DNA of 39,414 nt from Thermodesulfovibrionales bacterium (lineage in GTDB: Bacteria > Nitrospirota > Thermodesulfovibrionia > Thermodesulfovibrionales > UBA9159), in assembly GCA_919901585.1 (NCBI GenBank), contig CAKKPH010000052.1:1-39414 (forward strand), read 5' to 3'. Below, in pieces: positions 36,971-39,414 of the stretch (position 1 is its first letter; each line of letters opens with the position of its first letter). The notes under the pieces are model-generated. The model was not told the origin of the DNA. It saw only the letters and a program-made list of their open reading frames with translations, and made no database searches. A program made the translations under genes and the position numbers.

Positions 36971-37861
36971 TTATTTATAACTTATTTTCCATTTATCCTC
37001 GGAAACCTTCCATTTCCCATCTTCAATAATCATCTTGATCGAGCCTGTCGCCTTTTCCCTGGGAGTCTCCAGTCCTTCCACGGTAAAGGACGCTTTGTCG
37101 CCGGCGACAACAGGTTTGACTATCTTTATTTTTTCAGGGCGCATTTTCAAGATATCAATAACCGCTTCTCGCCTCCTTTTATCGTAAGAGTCGAACTCTT
37201 CCTGATTTTTGTATGTGAGAAAATCACGGATATTCTTGACATCACCTGCTATGCATGCCTCATGGTATTCAGCGTATGCCTTGGCCGGCGGGCTTGTATC
37301 TCCGCTTACAGAAATGTCTTGTATCGCTGATTTACCCGAGGGCTTATCTATTTTTTTTTTACCCAAGCTCACCTTAAACGATGCATCGAAAGAATAGGAC
37401 ACGTCTGAAAACCTTACCTGTTTCGGAGTTGAAATCTTTCCCTCAATCATAGTTGCATCAAACCGCGTAATAACGAGGGCCACTTTCCCATCCTCAACCC
37501 TTCCCATTCCCACTCCCATCTCCTCTCCCGGGTAATACACCTTGCCATAAGTATTTGTAAGTTTTTTGTCTTTACGGGAGATGCTAAAAGCAATGGCATG
37601 CACCTTCTGCTCCTTCACGAGCTTTTCGGGAAGAAAGGGAATAGCTTCGGTTGGAAGGGCCTTGTCGGAGAGGACCACAATCGGCTCGGCAGGATCAGTC
37701 TCGTCCACATATGCATGAACCAGATTAACCTTGGCTCCGTTCACATTCAAAGATCCGGAGACATCTTTTCCAGGGGATCCGGCAATCGCCGGCTGTACTC
37801 CGCCTGACAGCATAAGAACACAGAAGCAAGCATAGATAAAAAAAAGTGAATAGTCACGCAT
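36971..37861 (-). CDS. Secreted protein of unknown function, possibly with an NTF2/DUF4878-like C-terminal domain
   Basis: The ATG at 37861 has an AAGGAGG SD 7 nt upstream (the ORF track extends to a TTG at 37912). Signal peptide: MRDYSLFFIYACFCVLMLSGGVQPAIA|GS. The C-terminus (...GSIKMIIEDGKWKVSEDKWK) resembles small NTF2-like domains. Contains an A10 tract. Confidence 0.7.
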   Translation of the reverse strand: MRDYSLFFIYACFCVLMLSGGVQPAIAGSPGKDVSGSLNVNGAKVNLVHAYVDETDPAEPIVVLSDKALPTEAIPFLPEKLVKEQKVHAIAFSISRKDKKLTNTYGKVYYPGEEMGVGMGRVEDGKVALVITRFDATMIEGKISTPKQVRFSDVSYSFDASFKVSLGKKKIDKPSGKSAIQDISVSGDTSPPAKAYAEYHEACIAGDVKNIRDFLTYKNQEEFDSYDKRRREAVIDILKMRPEKIKIVKPVVAGDKASFTVEGLETPREKATGSIKMIIEDGKWKVSEDKWKISYK

Positions 37862-38005
37862 AGTAACCTCCTTGGTTTCTTTAGGAGACCCTGCTAATAG
37901 TATAGGATTCAATCAGCAGCTTTTTTCACAAAATTGCTTATAGAATTTTAAAAAATCGGGATAGCTCTATTTTTTCATTCATTCCTCATTTACCCGCAAT
38001 GAACG

Positions 38006-38122
38006 GCTTAACGTTCCGCGCACTGGCGATGTATGACGGCTGGCGCGAGACTTGCTTTTGCAAGGCTCATGACAGACGGCAAATGTTTCCATTTTGTTAA
38101 AACGCCTGTGCGCTTGTTATGT
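38006..38122 (-). repeat. attC-like imperfect palindrome (117 bp) downstream of the DUF4258/YgiT cassette
   Basis: On the minus strand: ACATAAC (R''-like) - AA - GCGCACAGGCG ... CGCCAGTGCGC - GGAAC - GTTAAGC (R', which fits GTTRRRY). The 11-nt arms pair at 10/11. The central part holds a CTTGC-TTTT-GCAAG hairpin. Confidence 0.5.
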
Positions 38123-38147
38123 GGAGTGGGGTGCGTGTATTCTTTCT

Positions 38148-38411
38148 CTAAGTATATTCAACAACAGGAACTGAGCGTTTAACCGCAAAGCTTTTCTTGT
38201 GCAACTTAATGCGCTCAATTTCATGCAGCGTTTCTGCTTCAAGATAACTTTCTCCACAGTGTGGACATGAAACGACAGGGACATTTTCTACAACCAAAAT
38301 ATCCTTGCCCTTCCCATAAGTCCGTGCAACCCTGCGGATGCGAGCACCCTGTTTTCCGCAATTATCACAAATCATTTCTCTCCCTGTTCCCATAGTCATA
38401 TTATGACACAT
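38148..38411 (-). CDS. YgiT-type zinc-finger protein (MqsA-family antitoxin N-domain only)
   Basis: CDNCG...(x27)...CPHCGESYL zinc ribbon, with no HTH domain following. The likely true start is the ATG at 38375 (MICDNCG, GGGAG upstream). It overlaps or abuts the DUF4258 gene. Confidence 0.8.
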   Translation of the reverse strand: MCHNMTMGTGREMICDNCGKQGARIRRVARTYGKGKDILVVENVPVVSCPHCGESYLEAETLHEIERIKLHKKSFAVKRSVPVVEYT

Positions 38412-38682
38412 ACATCGTAATGATAACCAACTTGCCTGTTGGACTCAATTTCGCAACAACTTCAACTTTGCCACCACCAAGAGATTGCCCGTTTAAACGG
38501 TATTTCCATTCGGCAGTGACTTTGTCTTTTTGTCTTTCAAAAATCTTTCCAGTCAGAATACAGTGTTCAACATCATAAATCGACAGGGAATCTTCATCCA
38601 TTTCCTCATTCCCATGAATCGACATGATGTATTCACGATTGCGGATTTTTTTCCGCATTATCTTTACAATTTGGTCAAACAT
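38401..38682 (-). CDS. DUF4258-family protein (putative toxin partner of the YgiT zinc-finger protein)
   Basis: 93 aa. The pattern ...IHGNEEMDEDSLSIYDVEHCILTGKI.E...........Y...G.....G..VEVV......LVIIT.Y matches my recollection of DUF4258. Confidence 0.75.
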   Translation of the reverse strand: MFDQIVKIMRKKIRNREYIMSIHGNEEMDEDSLSIYDVEHCILTGKIFERQKDKVTAEWKYRLNGQSLGGGKVEVVAKLSPTGKLVIITMYVS

Positions 38683-38719
38683 TTATAATCTACTCATTTT
38701 TTGTCTTTCTCACGCACCC

Positions 38720-38784
38720 CATTATCGTTCAAGCACAAACGAAACCGTCAGGTTTCTGAGATTCCGTTTGTGCCGTTGTTAGCA
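38720..38784 (-). repeat. attC-like imperfect palindrome (65 bp) downstream of the hicAB cassette
   Basis: On the minus strand: TGCTAAC (R''-like) - AACG - GCACAAACG ... CGTTTGTGC - TTGAAC - GATAATG (a degenerate R'). The arms pair at 9/9, and an inner GAAACC/GGTTTC hairpin is present. Confidence 0.55.
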
Positions 38785-38804
38785 AAAGTGTCAGTATCGA
38801 AATT

Positions 38805-39017
38805 TTATCTGATGGCAACATACTCTGCAAAGGAAGTCGACTGAGGGATAGACAGCCCATCTTCCTTCAGCCCTTGCAAGTGCAATTCAATGGCTTCATG
38901 CATATTTTGCTCTGCTTCTTCACGTGTAGTTCCTGTAGCTACACAACCGGGCAAGTCAGGTGAATATGCTGAATAGTTTCCATCTGCCTTTTCGATTACA
39001 ACAAGAAAACGATGCAT
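38805..39017 (-). CDS. hicB: HicB-family antitoxin (short form)
   Basis: 70 aa with the UPF0150/HicB fold signature (FLVVIEKADGNYSAYSPDLPGCVATGTTREEAEQNMHEAIELHL). The ATG overlaps the hicA stop (TAATG), and a GAAGGAGG SD is present. Confidence 0.88.
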   Translation of the reverse strand: MHRFLVVIEKADGNYSAYSPDLPGCVATGTTREEAEQNMHEAIELHLQGLKEDGLSIPQSTSFAEYVAIR

Positions 39018-39211
39018 TACTTTACCTCCTTCAGTTTCGCCTGTTTCAAAATGCTGTTCAGAGTTCCCGGCGCTAAGTTGTCATTAGGATGGCCGGCGAT
39101 TGTAACTCTGCCAGTCTTTGTTGCATGTTTGTACTGCCGGTGACTGCCACGAGTGTCTACTCGATACCAGCCATCAGCCTCTATCAATTTTATGATATCA
39201 CGAATCTTCAT
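39017..39211 (-). CDS. hicA: HicA-family mRNA interferase toxin
   Basis: 64 aa: MKIRDIIKLIEADGWYRVDTRGSHRQYKH....GRVTIAGHPNDNLAPGTLNSILKQA is the canonical HicA pattern. Confidence 0.92.
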   Translation of the reverse strand: MKIRDIIKLIEADGWYRVDTRGSHRQYKHATKTGRVTIAGHPNDNLAPGTLNSILKQAKLKEVK

Positions 39212-39236
39212 TATTGTCTTTCTATTCGGGCAGTTC

Positions 39237-39303
39237 CGCTAACGTTCAAGGCCAAAAGAAGTGCGATAGCATTTGATACTTAGTCTTTTGGGCTGTGTTA
39301 GGC
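39237..39303 (-). repeat. attC-like imperfect palindrome (67 bp) downstream of the truncated right-hand cassette ORF
   Basis: On the minus strand: GCCTAAC (a perfect RYYYAAC that overlaps the ORF stop codon) - ACAGC - CCAAAAGA ... TCTTTTGG - CCTTGAAC - GTTAGCG (R'-like). The arms pair at 8/8, with an offset G next to them. Confidence 0.6.
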
Positions 39304-39414
39304 GACGTGTGCCACCTTCTTAGTTTTTTTCAAATGCCCGAACTTCTGAGACAAAAGATCAAGCTGCTCTTTATCCGAGAGCTTAGATAACTTCTGTTCA
39401 GCTTCTTTTTGTAA
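39298..39414 (-). CDS. 3' end of an unidentified ORF running off the window (cassette-borne, function unknown)
   Basis: An open frame runs from the window edge to TAA at 39300-39298: ...LQKEAEQKLSKLSDKEQLDLLSQKFGHLKKTKKVAHVA*. No motif was recognised. Confidence 0.4.
   Translation of the reverse strand, partial: LQKEAEQKLSKLSDKEQLDLLSQKFGHLKKTKKVAHVA

Larger units (their letters stand above)
38006..39414 (-). mobile_element. Integron-type gene cassette array, either the distal part of an array or a CALIN; the integrase is not in the window
   Basis: Three attC-like sites alternate with co-oriented small cassettes (two TA pairs and one partial ORF). The two ends of each cassette are mutually complementary. 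Composition and Arg codon usage differ from the core genes. Confidence 0.5.

Overview
This 39.4-kb window comes from a diderm (Gram-negative-type) bacterium. Core genes favour AGR Arg and ATA Ile codons. No database search was possible, so every call rests on motifs read from the ORF translations and the DNA. About 95% of the window is densely packed housekeeping DNA, often with 1-4 nt gene overlaps. It contains: a PflX-like radical SAM gene; a type II secretion pseudopilin/assembly operon (gspG-H-I-J-K plus three L/M/N-like membrane proteins) behind a good sigma70 promoter; bioD-fabG; an A-type Fe-S carrier; hemB; an Nfu-like gene; rplM-rpsI-argC; aspartate aminotransferase-era-BFN nuclease-recO; ppdK; rpsO-pnp; a YbgC-type thioesterase; an M16 peptidase; lptC-lptA-lptB-rpoN-hpf-rapZ-cysteine desulfurase; aroE; a DUF512 PDZ/radical SAM gene; pgsA; a TPR gene; and the block rpe-PASTA-rsmB-fmt-def with purC divergent from it. 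No rRNA, tRNA or CRISPR array was seen. The most interesting part is the right end (about 36.9 kb to the end), which is visibly more A+T-rich and uses CGN Arg codons. There, three attC-like imperfect palindromes (GTTRRRY / RYYYAAC-type boxes) bracket two toxin-antitoxin cassettes (DUF4258 + YgiT zinc finger, and HicA/HicB) plus a truncated third cassette. This looks like the distal end of an integron-type cassette array whose integrase, if present, lies beyond the window. Other items worth a second look: heptanucleotide tandem repeats inside the unusually long leader peptides of gspI and gspJ (possible slipped-strand switches); a 12-nt periodic AGGAACA repeat in the rpsO-pnp leader; a kinase-less PASTA protein in the position PrkC occupies in Firmicutes; and an A10 tract in a secreted protein of unknown function.
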